A stretch of DNA of 64,000 nucleotides from Octopus sinensis (taxonomy: Eukaryota). Shown here in pieces: positions 13,621 through 25,599 of the stretch. Position numbers and translations under genes: made by a program. The stretch is from positions 806,001 to 870,000 of the forward strand of contig NC_042998.1 of assembly GCF_006345805.1 (NCBI RefSeq), written 5' to 3'. Under the pieces are notes generated by a model. The model did not search any database. It was not told the origin of the DNA and saw nothing but the letters and a program-made list of their open reading frames with translations. Numbering within the stretch: position 1 is the first letter of the stretch; the number at the start of each line of letters is the position of its first letter.

Positions 13621-13822
13621 ACAACTCTAACTCTGTTCTGGTACTAATATCTCGAGGTTGCATGGTTTTAATGCATGCACATACCGTGAAATACTGACAT
13701 CTAATAATTATAAACTCTTTATCATGTATTTAGCATTCAAACTTTCCCGATTTATATTACTACATTTACATACGTACATACATACATACATACATACATA
13801 CATACATACATACATACATACA

Positions 13823-13858
<36 letters not shown>

Positions 13859-13859
13859 T

Positions 13860-14320
13860 ATGGGTACAGGACATCACAAAACGTAAACAACATGAAATAC
13901 GAGGGCAAATTTGGGTATGCAAACAACGAGAGAAACAAAAGGAAAACAAGACAAGTAACATAATGAACGACTCTTCATCAGTTGTTGGCGGTTCATCTAC
14001 TCCAAATTTCGAGCAATTCACGACAATATGAGGCTTTGACAAACAGTTGCTGCCGCGAACAAAGCTGAGATTTGAGATTTGCGGTGGGTCAAAGTTGGTA
14101 ACAAAAAGACAGGACAGTGTAGACATACACGAAACTAAACGAAAATAGACATGGAGGGCCGTTAGGCCAGACGAGGTAAGATAGTGAACACTGGAGGAAT
14201 ATTCGACAAGGGAAAAGATAGGAAAGGAGACAGATAATGTGTGTGGTCTGTGCAACCAACTGAAGGAAAAGAAAAGATGATCACGTGAGGAAAAGAAAGA
14301 TGGACGATGGTCACGTGTGA
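13860..14320. mobile_element. Dispersed repeat, probably Penelope-derived and non-autonomous; relatives at 47215-47330 and 52670-52900
   Basis: The terminus tatgggtacaggacat abuts TA-rich microsatellite here and at 47215. It carries only the 5' half of an HHR core (ctgatgaag, minus strand). Confidence 0.45.
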
Positions 14321-14510
14321 GCAACTAGAGAGAGTAAAGGAGGAAGAGGGAGAGAGTGAAAGACGGTGAAGAGGAGGAAAAAATTAGAGAAAAGAGAGAA
14401 AAAACAAAAGGGCGAGAAGGGGAGAAAAAAGTAATTAGAGGGTTCGTTGTATGTCTCCACTGTCTTTTTTTCTCCCCTTCACCGTTTTCTATAGCTTTAT
14501 GTGGCAATTA

Positions 14511-14575
<65 letters not shown>

Positions 14576-15285
14576 GTCTATCTATCTATCTGTCCGAATA
14601 TTTTATATTCTATTTTCTAAGAATCCCCTTGTAAACATGTTTATAGAGCGTGCTTATCGATGTAAACATTGGCAGAAACATACCTTTTGTTTATATATGT
14701 GATATCTACCATTCTATATAATTTGGACAATGATTTTCTTCTTACATTTCACTTCCATTAGATATATCTATTTCCAAGCCTTTAAGCTTTTATTTTAATT
14801 TACATATCGCTCTATATTTCTCCTTTATTAGTTTTCTGCCTATTTCTTTCCTTTACCCCTTCTCTTTCTATAGGCTACCTTTGACGTTATATCTTCTAAC
14901 TGTTTTTTTAAAAAACTTAATAGCGTTCCGTTCATCATTATACACATCCATCACATTCTGTTAAAATGTCTTATTGATAAGTTGGGTTTCTTTCTTTCTT
15001 TCCCTGATGAGGTTACCTTGTTTTACACCATTTTATTCCTTTGGAATGATACCAATGTTGTCTTCGAAAAGTATGTCGGAAGTAAAAGAATTTGAATAAC
15101 ACTTGCGTTTAACTCCATTTATTTATTTATTTATATATATTATACAAAATGTTTCACATCAACCCGGAGTTTCAACCTTTACACACAGGGTGTTACGTCC
15201 TTATTACTAGAGTGATTTTTTGCTACCCTGGTAACTGTTTATTTATTTTTCCGTGTTAATTGTAAACAAGAGAAAATACACACAT

Positions 15286-15371
<86 letters not shown>

Positions 15372-15519
15372 CACACGTGGTAGTCTTACAGTAAACTGTA
15401 TATACTGTGGTAGATGCAGAGGAAGAAAACGTGTGGCTGACCAGGGGGAGATAATCGTTTCTAAACATGTTTATATTTGTATATACGTCTAGACATACCC
15501 TCATTTATACAGGCAGCTG

Positions 15520-16630
15520 TAGATGCCATATATAAATGGGCTGAAGAAAACAACATGCAATTTAATACAAGAAAATTTCATCTCATCTATCAGCCACTTG
15601 TGCTAACACGCCGCAACAAAAATACCTTGGACTAAAAGGAAACGCATTTTTAGAGTCAAACACAATGCCAGATCTCGGAATTGATATGAACAACTATGCA
15701 GTGTTTCATGTACATATCGCTATGATGGTGGCAATGTGCAAGTGGATGATCGGATAGATCATGAAAACTTTCAGAATAAGGGACCAAGAAACTATGCTGA
15801 TCCTATGGAGGACATTTGTCCTCAGCCGTCTGGAATACAGGTGTCAACTATGGTTACCCTACAGTATCAAATTAGTGGTGGTTCAATGGTACCTCACCAT
15901 GAAAATTGCGTTAATTAAACATAAGTTACTGGGAGAGATCCAAAGAATTACGACTCTACTCACTGAAGAGAAAAAGGGAGATACATGCATTGATACACAT
16001 ACTCTTAAACTTGTTTCAGTCATTTGACTGCGGCCATGCTGTAATACCGCCTTTATCGGGCAAATCGAACCCAAGACTTATTCTTTGTAAGCCTAGTACT
16101 TATTCTATCAGTCTCTTTTGCTGAACCGCTAAGTTACAGGGACAAATAAACCAGCATCGGTTGTCAAGTGATGTTGTAGAGACAAACTCAGATACACAAA
16201 ACATATACATATATATGACGGGCTTCTTTCAGTTTCCGGCTACCAAATCTACTCACAAGGCTTTGGTCGGCTCGAGGCTATAGCTGAAGACATTTGCCTA
16301 AGGTGCCACGCAGTGGGAATGAACCCGGAATTATGTGGTTGGTAAGCAAGCTACTTACCACACAGCCGCTCCTGTGCCTATGGAAAACCTTAGAGGAGCT
16401 GGCACCAAACTTTAGCTTCAATTGTTATATCAGTACCCAAACAGGACGCCATTCACTATTCCAAAGTTCCACCAAACCAAAGTCAAAGTACTGCAATAGT
16501 TTGAGATTCGAAGACCCACAGCTAATTAATATCTTGCCAAAAGTCCTGAGAGATCGATATGGAATGTGAGTAGATGTTTTCAAGAAGCACCTTGACCTGC
16601 TGCTGTCCAAGATCTCCGATAAACCTATAT
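15520..16630 (+). mobile_element. CR1-like LINE 3' fragment interrupted by a SINE
   Basis: MQFNTRKFHL...DLGIDM...FRIRDQETMLILWRTFVLSRLEYRCQLW, then after the SINE CNSLRFEDPQLINILPKVLRD...FKKHLDLLLSKISDKP. Confidence 0.8.
16008..16367 (-). mobile_element. tRNA-derived SINE (10912 family) inserted in the CR1 remnant
   Basis: Reverse-complement match from head (cacagcc) to tail (acttgtttcagtc). Confidence 0.9.
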
Positions 16631-16916
16631 CATGGTAAAGATGCTGAAAAAAGGCCAGCACACCTACCCCCCCTCCATTTACCAAAAGACAACCACATAG
16701 GGATGACCTTTGAAAGGGTGACGATATTGGTGGTGCCCCAGCATGGCCATAGTTTTATGCTGAAATACATAAAAGAATAAAATAATATATATATATATGA
16801 TATATTATGTATATGCATTTAAATAATGTATACATACATAATATGCATACATAATATATTAATATATATGTATATACATACGCATTTTGTATGTATGTTT
16901 ATACATATTCAAAATA

Positions 16917-17098
16917 TATATTCCGTTTAATAATGTGAATGGAGGCAATGCAAGCGGAAACTATAGGAACATAATTAATAAGAACATTCAAATTCAAATA
17001 TATACATGATTTTGATTTTGATTTCGAGTGTGGTTATTAATTATGTTCCTCTAGTTTCCGCTTGTATTGCCTCCATTCACATTATTAAACGGAATATA
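16917..17098. repeat. Inverted repeat, 64-bp arms and 54-nt spacer
   Basis: 16917-16980 is the reverse complement of 17035-17098, with 2 mismatches by eye. Confidence 0.9.
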
Positions 17099-17185
17099 GC
17101 TCACTTCGGGCACTACAACTCCAGTCTGTATTTCATTTGCGAGTATTGTTAACATTAGCAATCTCAAAAAATAAAGCAGTGTATC

Positions 17186-17286
17186 CTTTACTGACGAATT
17201 GCGTTGGCCTTTGGAAGATTGACTTGATTTAATTTAATCAGGCTGGTTTACCATTAAAAAACGCTGAAACAATGCATTGTCTAAAG
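17186..17286 (+). ncRNA. Type I hammerhead ribozyme with an extended 68-nt stem II
   Basis: Stem I CUUUA 17186-90 / UAAAG 17282-86; CUGACGA 17191-97; GCGUU 17201-05 / AACGC 17260-64; inner hairpin cttgatt..aatcagg; GAAA 17266-69; palindromic stem III CAAUGCAUUG; GUC cleavage after 17281. Confidence 0.85.
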
Positions 17287-17664
17287 ATGAATAGGGTAAA
17301 TGTTTTTTAATTTTTCATCTGATTCCGGAATTACTACTATTTGCGGTTGGAGCCCTGGCTGCTTTTTCTAGTGGGTCGAACGGCCTATTATAGCCGCTCC
17401 TCAATTTATTGTTGAATTTATTCATAGTCTCTGACTATTTCCTCTTTCTCACTAGACCGCTGGTGGCAAAATAATTTCTATTGAATTTTTTGCCACCCTA
17501 ATATTGATAAATTGATAATTTTCTGATTAATTCCGAAATTGAATCGGCAGTTTATATTTGCTGCCGATAAGTTGGCGCGAGTACGATGATTTTGAAAATT
17601 TTAGGTCAGATATTGCCGAGGCATTAAGGTAGCTGCCTCGTGTAATTTCTCTCCCTCCTGGCTC

Positions 17665-17765
17665 CTTTACTGACGAATTGCGTTGGCCTTTGGAAGATTG
17701 ACTTGATTTAATTTAATCAGGCTGGTTTACCATTAAAAAACGCTGAAACAATGCATTGTCTAAAG
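17665..17765 (+). ncRNA. Type I hammerhead ribozyme, second tandem copy
   Basis: Same elements as 17186-17286 shifted by 479: CUGACGA 17670-76, GAAA 17745-48, GUC cleavage after 17760. Confidence 0.85.
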
Positions 17766-17890
17766 ATGAATAGGGTAAATGTCTTTTAATTTTTCATCTG
17801 ATTCCGGAATTACTACTATTTGCGGTTGGAGCCCTGGCTGCTTTTTCTAGTGGGTCGAACGGCCTATTATAGCCGTTCCTCAATTTGTTG

Positions 17891-17932
<42 letters not shown>

Positions 17933-18145
17933 ATGACCGCGTGTGTACCGTTGGCGATTTTGTTTTCTCCGTCTTCCCTTCTCTGGATCTTTTCTTTTCC
18001 TATGTTTCTGCCGAAGAGTTCCGCTTGAAACGGAAAATCCTCCTTCTTCCCTTCTTACCCGACCGTCCAATAATACTATATTTGTTCCACGTCCTCGAGT
18101 TGTTGTGTTTTCTCTTTGTGTTTTCATGTTTGGATTAACTTTATT

Positions 18146-18178
<33 letters not shown>

Positions 18179-18212
18179 ATACATACATAGACATATATAT
18201 ATATACATACAT

Positions 18213-18293
<81 letters not shown>

Positions 18294-18317
18294 TTTATAT
18301 ATATATACATATATATA

Positions 18318-18505
18318 GAGAGGGTTTACGAAAAAACAAAAGTCGAAGACAGGTGGTGTACAAAACAAACAGATGTATTAGTACAACGCTGAGGAATAAA
18401 AAAAAAGTCTTAAAGGTTCGAACCTACGCTCTTCTACAGAAAGGGACAAAGAAAAAACAAGGAGAGGAAAAAATATGTGTGGTGGCTAACGATCTATCAT
18501 GGCGA
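18318..18505 (-). mobile_element. Penelope-type non-autonomous repeat between (TA)n tracts; relatives at 37565-37795 and, oppositely oriented, 17930-18145
   Basis: gagagtttacgaaa..acaaaa.acgaagacaggt..gtacaaaacaaa.agatgtattagta.aacgct is shared with 37565. Carries a decayed HHR. Confidence 0.6.
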
Positions 18506-18508
18506 CTA

Positions 18509-18595
<87 letters not shown>

Positions 18596-18789
18596 CACAT
18601 ATATACATGCATACATATATACACACATATACACAAACCGATACCCCCCCCCCCACACACACACACAGGTGCAGGTGTTGCTGTGTGGTAACAAACTTAG
18701 CTCCAAAACACTTGGTCCTCAGTTCAGTCCCACTGTGTGGTAACTTGCGATGTGTCTTCTGCTATAGCTTTAGACCAGCCAGAGCTCGC

Positions 18790-19218
18790 TATGGCGACCA
18801 GAGCTCGCTCTGGGCGACTTTGAGTCGACCGTTCACAGCTACCAGCCCACAATCGACAAGGAGAAATGAAAGTATTACCTCTGGACCACTATACAGATAC
18901 GTAACTGGACAGAATCAATTTAGTGGAGACAAAGATCCTATGGCGACCAGAGCTCGCTCTGGGCGACATTGGAGCGACTGTACACAGCTACCAGCCCACA
19001 GTTGACGCTATGGTGACCAGAGCTCGCTCTGCGCGACATTGGGGTGAATGTCCACAGCTACCAGCCCACAGTCGACGCTATGGCGACCAGAGCTCGCTCT
19101 GGGCCACATGGGAGCGACTGTCCACAGCTACCAGCCTACAGTCGACGCTATAGTGACCAGAGCTCACTCTGGGCGACATTGGGGCGACTGTACACAGCTA
19201 CCAGCCCACAGTCGACGC
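18790..19218 (+). repeat. GC-rich 70-bp tandem array (4 contiguous units 18939-19218, one detached unit 18790-18858)
   Basis: Unit tatggcgaccagagctcgctctgggcgacattggagcgactgtacacagctaccagcccacagtcgacgc starts at 18939, 19009, 19079 and 19149. Confidence 0.95.
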
Positions 19219-19329
19219 TATGGGGGTTGGGTTGGGTTGGGAAGAAAGAAAGAATTTCCATTATATATAGAGAACTATAGCGCGAAGGCAGCATAAAAAA
19301 ACCCTTCCTCATTTGTTGGCAGATTTATC

Positions 19330-21661
19330 TACTCCGCATTGCGAGCAGTGCAACAAGATGCGTCTTCGTCAAAGCAATTGCTCTCCCAAAGCAAATTAAA
19401 TAAAATTTGAGATACGTGGAACGTCAAAGCTGCTAACAAAAACAGGACAGTGAAAACATTCGGTAAGGGCTGTCTTACCCTAACGAGGTGAAGTGGTCAA
19501 CGCTGGAGTAAAAAAGCTTTGTCAAGAGACAGACAAGAATGCGTGATATAGTTATAAACTGAACGAGAAGAAAAAGAATTACATTTAGAATTAGAGATCT
19601 ATAATTATTGAGGACAGAATTTGAGTTAGAAACAGAGAACTATAAATATCGTATTATGCATAAAGTGGTGGCTTACATTCGGGGCTTCCAATTTCTCTGA
19701 AAAATATAAGATAATCGCAAAATCATCGCACATGTCACCATCGATTACAGACATCGGTGGAAGATAAAAGTTCCAGAGTACTACCAGGATCTCTACTCAC
19801 GAGAGACCACGGTAGCTGAGGCTGCAATCGAGGGTGTCAAGATCTTGCCAGTCATGTGTGAACTTAACAGTATGCCATCTATAGGAGAGCTCACCAAGGC
19901 TATTGACTCCCTAGCAAGAAACAAGGCTCCGGGAAAAGACGGCATCCCCTTAGAGATCATCAAAACCGGCAAAAACACCATCCTGCTTCGGCACATTCAT
20001 GAGCTTCTGTGTCAGTGCTGGGAAGAGGGTACAGTCCCTCAGGATATGCGGGATGCTAACATCATTACGCTTTACAAAAACAAAGGTGACCGTGGGGATT
20101 GTAACAATTACCGTGGAATATCTCTTCTAAGCACTGTTGGAAAGGCCTTTGCTCGCATTATCCTGTCCAGGCTGCAACTGCTTGCTTCTCGAATTTATCC
20201 AGAATCGCAGTGTGGCTTTAGAAGAAGCAGATCAACTATTGACATGATATTCTCCCTACGCCAACTTCAGGAGAAGTCCAGAGAGCAGAAAATGCCATTA
20301 TATATGGCCTTCATTGATCTGACAAAGGCCTTTGACTTGGTAAGTAGAAAAGGCTCTTCATCCTGCTCCAAGCAATCGGATGTCCACCAAAGCTGCTGAG
20401 CATCATCAAATCTTTCCATGATGATATGCAAGGCACTATACAGCACAATGGTTCAACATCAGCCGCCTTCCAAATAAAATGCTCCTACATTACATGGCAT
20501 CTTCTTCTCGCTGATGCTGTCACATGCCTTTGTGACATCAGATGATGGAGTGTTTCTGCACAGTAGAAGTGATGGGAAACTGTTCAATCTCTCGCGTCTG
20601 CGTGCCAAGACCAAAATCAGAAGCGTCCTGATCAAGGAGATGCTATTTGATGATGATGCCGCTCTGGTATCACACACTGAAGAACCTCTACAAAGGGTCA
20701 TCAACTGTTTTGAGCAAGCATCCGGCAACTTTGACTTAGTTATCAGCCTCAAGAATACCAACATCATGGGTCAGACTATATCGACCATCCCAAACATACA
20801 TATTGGAAACCACAGACTACAGGAGGTGGAGAAGTTTACCTATCTTGGCTCTACCGTCACCTACAACCTATCCCTTGATACTGAGCTCAAAATACGCATT
20901 GGCAAGGCAGCTGCTGTGATGGCCCAAATCTCCAAACGGGCATGGGACAACAATAAGCTGACCAAGACCACAAAAATGAAGATTTACCAGGCATGTGTAC
21001 TCAGCACTCTACTGTATGGAAGTGAGACTTGGACGTCATACACACGCCAAGAACGTCGCCTAAATATATTTCACCTGCGCTGCCTCCCGAAAATCTTTCG
21101 CATCAAATGGCAGAATCATGTCCCCAACAAAGATGTCCTCAAGCAAGCAGGAATACCAAGCATATTTACACTCCTCACACAAAGACGTATGAGATGGCTT
21201 GGACATGTTAGCCGTAAGGAAGATGGCCGAATCCTCAAGGACATACTCAACGGAGAGCTTGCTAGGGGCACTAGGTCTGTGGGAAGACCGTTCTAACGAT
21301 ACAAGGATGTTTGCAAAAGGGACATGAATACCTGCAACATCAATATTACCAACTGGGAAGCAGTTGCCAGCAAACGTGGAGATTGGCGACGTACCGTAAA
21401 AGAGGGAACACAAAGGAGTGACATAGAGGGAGAGGAGAAATGGAAAGACAAGAAAAGACGTCAACAAGATAGTATGACATTACAACCAGCCAGGCAAAAT
21501 CTTCGCTACATTTGCGGTACCTGCCAGAGGGAGTGTGTGTCCAGGATAGGACTACACATCCACAGCAGGAGATGTATTATGACATGAAATGTAAAAGCCG
21601 GACTAGATTATTTTATGCACAACTCCATTGTCTCCCGAAACAAAAAGGATGCCAACAACAA
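19330..21661 (+). mobile_element. RTE-clade (BovB-like) LINE, frameshifted, endonuclease region decayed or internally deleted
   Basis: TWNVK endonuclease start near 19415. RT fragments 19845-20399 (KAPGKDGIP...DCNNYRGISLLS..GKAFAR...ESQCGFR..RSTIDMIFSLRQLQEK..EQ..PLYMAFIDLTKAFD) and 20514-21296 (EMLFDDDAAL...EKFTYLGS...LLYGSETW...RWLGHV). C-terminal C..C.REC.SRIGL.IH..RC. Tail gatgccaacaacaa. Confidence 0.95.
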
Positions 21662-21965
21662 TATATATGGATTTCGTAGACAGGAACTGAAACAAATCAA
21701 ACGTATATATATGTATATATGTAAGTGTATGTGTGTGTCTTTGTGTCTGTGTTTCACCCTCATCACTGCTTCACAACTGCTGTTCATTTATTTACATCCA
21801 CAAAACTTACTGGTTTCACAAGAACAAACTAATAGAATAAGTACTAGGCTTATCAACATAAAAAAGCACTAGGCTGTGTCTCATATTTTTGTTTGCCCAC
21901 TTGGTTGTATCTATCAATTTATCTTTGTGTGTGTGTGTGTGTATCTACATCTATCTATCTATCTA

Positions 21966-22030
<65 letters not shown>

Positions 22031-22650
22031 CACCCTAATGGGAGCCTTAACTCCCAAATTTTAGTCATTTCTTTTATGATCCAAAACTAGGTCAAAATTA
22101 CTGAATGGATCTTTATGAAATTTTTGGAAATTATATTCTATGCATAAGGGCCATAACCCCCATGACAATTCATATATTTTTGCTGTTGATGAAATTTTAA
22201 CCATAGATATTAGACACAAATGAAGTAATATTTATAAAATTTCATCTTCTTATAAAGTTAGAAAGACCTCTTCATGGGGACTTAACCCACACACTTTTGT
22301 CATTTTATCTAAGCAAAAACGAATACATTTGTGCTCTTGGAAGCTGTAAGGTTACCTGAGCATAAAAGTTGGGCATTATTTCTAATTCAATGGTACATGT
22401 AAGGTATAACAGCTTGCTTTGACATAGACTTACATTGTGATTTCTGCAATGTGGTGCATAAATTGTTAAGTAAATGAGAGGCATCTTTGTCTCCACTGAT
22501 TCAGTTGCAAAGTGTTGAGTAAAGTCATTTGATTGCAGACCTCCTTTCAGTCTTTTTATTATCACTCGGTCACATATAGTCCCCAGATGGTAACATTGAT
22601 TACAAGGCCTCCCCAGATGAGTGACTGGTTATTCAAAGACATTTATGGAT

Positions 22651-22917
22651 TTTAAATTTATTCTGTCCAGTTACGTATCAATATAGTGGTCATTTGCAAA
22701 CTCCAGACGTGACACTTTAATTTCTCCTTAGCCCTCACGTCACACAGTTGTTAATGTTGATTTCAGTTGGGTCACGCCCATCCAATTGCTATAGATTTGT
22801 AATGCATCTTACGTGTGTGCCTGTCACCTGGATGGTGAGGAATCCTACATTGGGAGTGGTAACGACTAGGGTAGGGAAACTGACTGCTTATTGTGATCAT
22901 TCGTCTTTTGGTTTCCA
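22651..22917 (-). mobile_element. Unclassified 267-bp dispersed repeat, second copy at 56737-57003 (+); possibly the 5' region of a hAT element
   Basis: Direct reverse-complement alignment with 56737-57003. The adjacent ORF 22565-22305 only loosely resembles a Charlie/GTF2IRD2-type N-terminus. Confidence 0.7.
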
Positions 22918-23096
22918 TGTGGCACGATTACAATTTTTTTAGGGTGTGTAAAGAGGGAAATAACCCTCATCTGCAATTTTGATGAAATTCGAAACAGAGA
23001 TATTCCAGTTCATTCAGAAAATGTAACAGAAAAGTCTAATTCTTCAATTGAATGGAACCGGACAACGCCGGGTATCTCTGCTAGTATATATATATA

Positions 23097-23170
<74 letters not shown>

Positions 23171-23999
23171 ATGCATGTAAGTATGTATGCACGTGTGTAT
23201 GTGTAGAACTCTTGACACGCCACTATTAGACTTTTATCTGTCACGTGTTTCATCAGGTGTTTTCGCCGAAAAACCTTGAGTTGTGAAGAACATTCCATTG
23301 TTTAGCGTCGCATGCATAGTCGCTAGTTCTGTTTCGTGCTTCAATCAAGACTACATGACTATTGTTTTACTTCCGTAAGTATGATTGTTAGTGTCTACTT
23401 ATAGATGGAACACTTTGTTGAAACAAGAAATGTGTTTCTATAACTATTTCTAAGTATGTGTATATATGTATGTATGTATATATGTATGTATGTATGTATG
23501 TATGAATGAATGAATGTATGTGTGTGTGTGTTCATGGAGTTCATATAATTTTTTTCCTGTTTTATTTAAAATGCATAACTACGCAATCTTACAGACATGT
23601 ATGTAATACAAGTGTATGTGTGTGTGTATGTGTGTGTGCGTGTGTATGGTGGTGTTGCATGTATGTATGTATGTATGTATGTATGTATGTATCTATGTAT
23701 GTATGGATGTATGTGTGTGTTTACGGAGTTTAATTTTTTCCTGTTTTATTTAATATGCTTATCTACACAATCTTACATACATACATGCATGTGTATGTAA
23801 TACAAGTGTGTGTGTAGATGTGTGTGGTGGTGTTGCAGAGTGGGATTGTAAACATAGGCTTGTGGTTGAGAAACCCGCTCTGCAATCACGTGGTTTCCGG
23901 TTCACTCAGTCAGCGCGGCACGTTGGACAAATTTCTTGTAATTGTTTAGATAATTTCATTCATTTTTCTTCCATTTATCTTTCATTTATCAATCGATAA

Positions 24000-24420
24000 T
24001 ACATTCTTCATTTCTCAGAACGTCTCGCCAACTTACACTTTACTGTAGGAATCGCCGAGTCTTGATTCAAAGAATTCATCAGCTTCACAACGTAGTTCAA
24101 CAAAACGCCTCGTGCACTGTTGAAGAGTAACCGAATAGGGCGATAATTTGAAAGCGTTACAGCAGGTATATCAGGAGAACACGGCAAGAGCGGCACAACT
24201 TCCCAACCGATCTCTTGTATGGTATTTTTGGTAAAACTAGCGACATGATAGGGTGTGTAATCGTGTTTAAGAAGCACCCTGTATTACCGGCCCGGTTGCT
24301 TCAGCTGGACCACCTCGCTGAACGGTGAATTTGAGGAATATACATCTCTGCAGTGACCGTGTGGCTGCTTTCAAACACTTTGTGGTTGATTACGCCTATA
24401 GTCATTGCACGTTTCTTTAC
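24000..24420 (-). pseudogene. Mariner transposase C-terminal remnant
   Basis: TVTAEMYIPQIHR...LLKHDYTPYHVASFTKNTIQEIGWEVVPLLPCSPDI matches mariner LLHDNARPH...LGWEVLPHPPYSPDLAP. Confidence 0.85.
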
Positions 24421-25599
24421 AGCTGTTTCCAGCAGTCGATTACAAACAAAAAAAATTGAAATTGAAAATTTAAAGATTTTAAAAAATCTTTTAAATTTCA
24501 AATTTAGTTGTTAATTGTTTTTAAATATTTGAATGTTTTAAGTTTTGAAAATTCTTTTAATTTAATTTAAAATCATATTTGAACTTCAATTTTATTTTAT
24601 TTTTTTAAATTTCTATTTAATTTTTATCTTTTTACCTTACATTCCCCCCCCCCCACTCTATCTCTATTTACTATCCACTCTTACCAAAGCTTTTCTACCT
24701 TCCCATCATAATAGAGTTACTTCTTATTTTGCATTCGATTTACCGTTCATTTTCTTCTATTCCAATTCACTCCTATTATGCGATAGTATGAATGATGCAA
24801 TATTAAAGATTTCAGTTGAGGATGAGAGTAAGTAGCCGATATCAAATGTTTGCATGTGACCATCTAATTACAAACACTAATACTTTTATGACTGTCCCTT
24901 CCTTAATTTCACCCATCCTCTGTCCTCCTTTCCCCTATTCTTTCTAGTCATTCCTCTCTTCCTTTCTTTCCATCTCTCTTCTTTTGCCCTCTTTTTCCAT
25001 ATCATCACATCTTTTCCCATTCCTCTTTATCTCTCTTCTACTCACCTAATACTTTTACTTATTGCCTCTCTTCCCTTCCATCATGACTGTATCACCCTTT
25101 CAGAGTCTTACTTATTTATAACCAGAAGTGACTCTGACGAAAGTAGCATTAATTCTCTTGGTCGTTCAATTTTTCTCAATTGATCAATGGGCCGATTGGG
25201 TAAACCTTCAGTAATGAAGTGATATTGACTACTGGAGGCAGTTGTAAGTCAAATTTACCACGATGTGTAATGGCTATTATATATTCCTTGTCTTATATAT
25301 TGATATGTCCCGCATTATGACGACGTATTTTGCCGTCTGCGTGACTGGCCCGAACAGCGTACCTCGCTGACTGTATTTCCTTTATTCGGCACGCAGGCCG
25401 TAACACAGAGGGGACAGCACATTTATAAATCAGTTCTTTTTTACCTCTTTTTGTTCCCTTTTTGCATCTGTTTTTACTGTCATTTAAAATTTTTAAATAT
25501 TTCCTTTTTTTATTTTTTATTTTTACCATTTTATGTACGGCAACAGTTCGTCGTACTCTACTACTGGCGGCAAGTCGTCGAACTCGACGCGTACTCCCG

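Larger units (their letters stand above)
17184..17890 (+). mobile_element. Non-coding 479-bp tandem unit (about 1.5 copies) carrying an HHR; retrozyme- or Penelope pLTR-like
   Basis: 17184-17410 recurs at 17663-17889 (offset 479), near-identical. It ends in (TA)n. Confidence 0.85.

Noticed and set aside
13970-13990. Half-hammerheads: CUGAUGA/CUGAAGA at 13976 (-), 15003 (+), 46068 (+), 47290 (-), 52757 (-)
   Set aside because: No correctly placed GAAA, stem III and UH site could be found.
18790-19218. CRISPR-like appearance (palindromic repeat plus one spacer matching a mobile element)
   Set aside because: Four units are head-to-tail with no spacers, the context is eukaryotic, and no cas genes are present.
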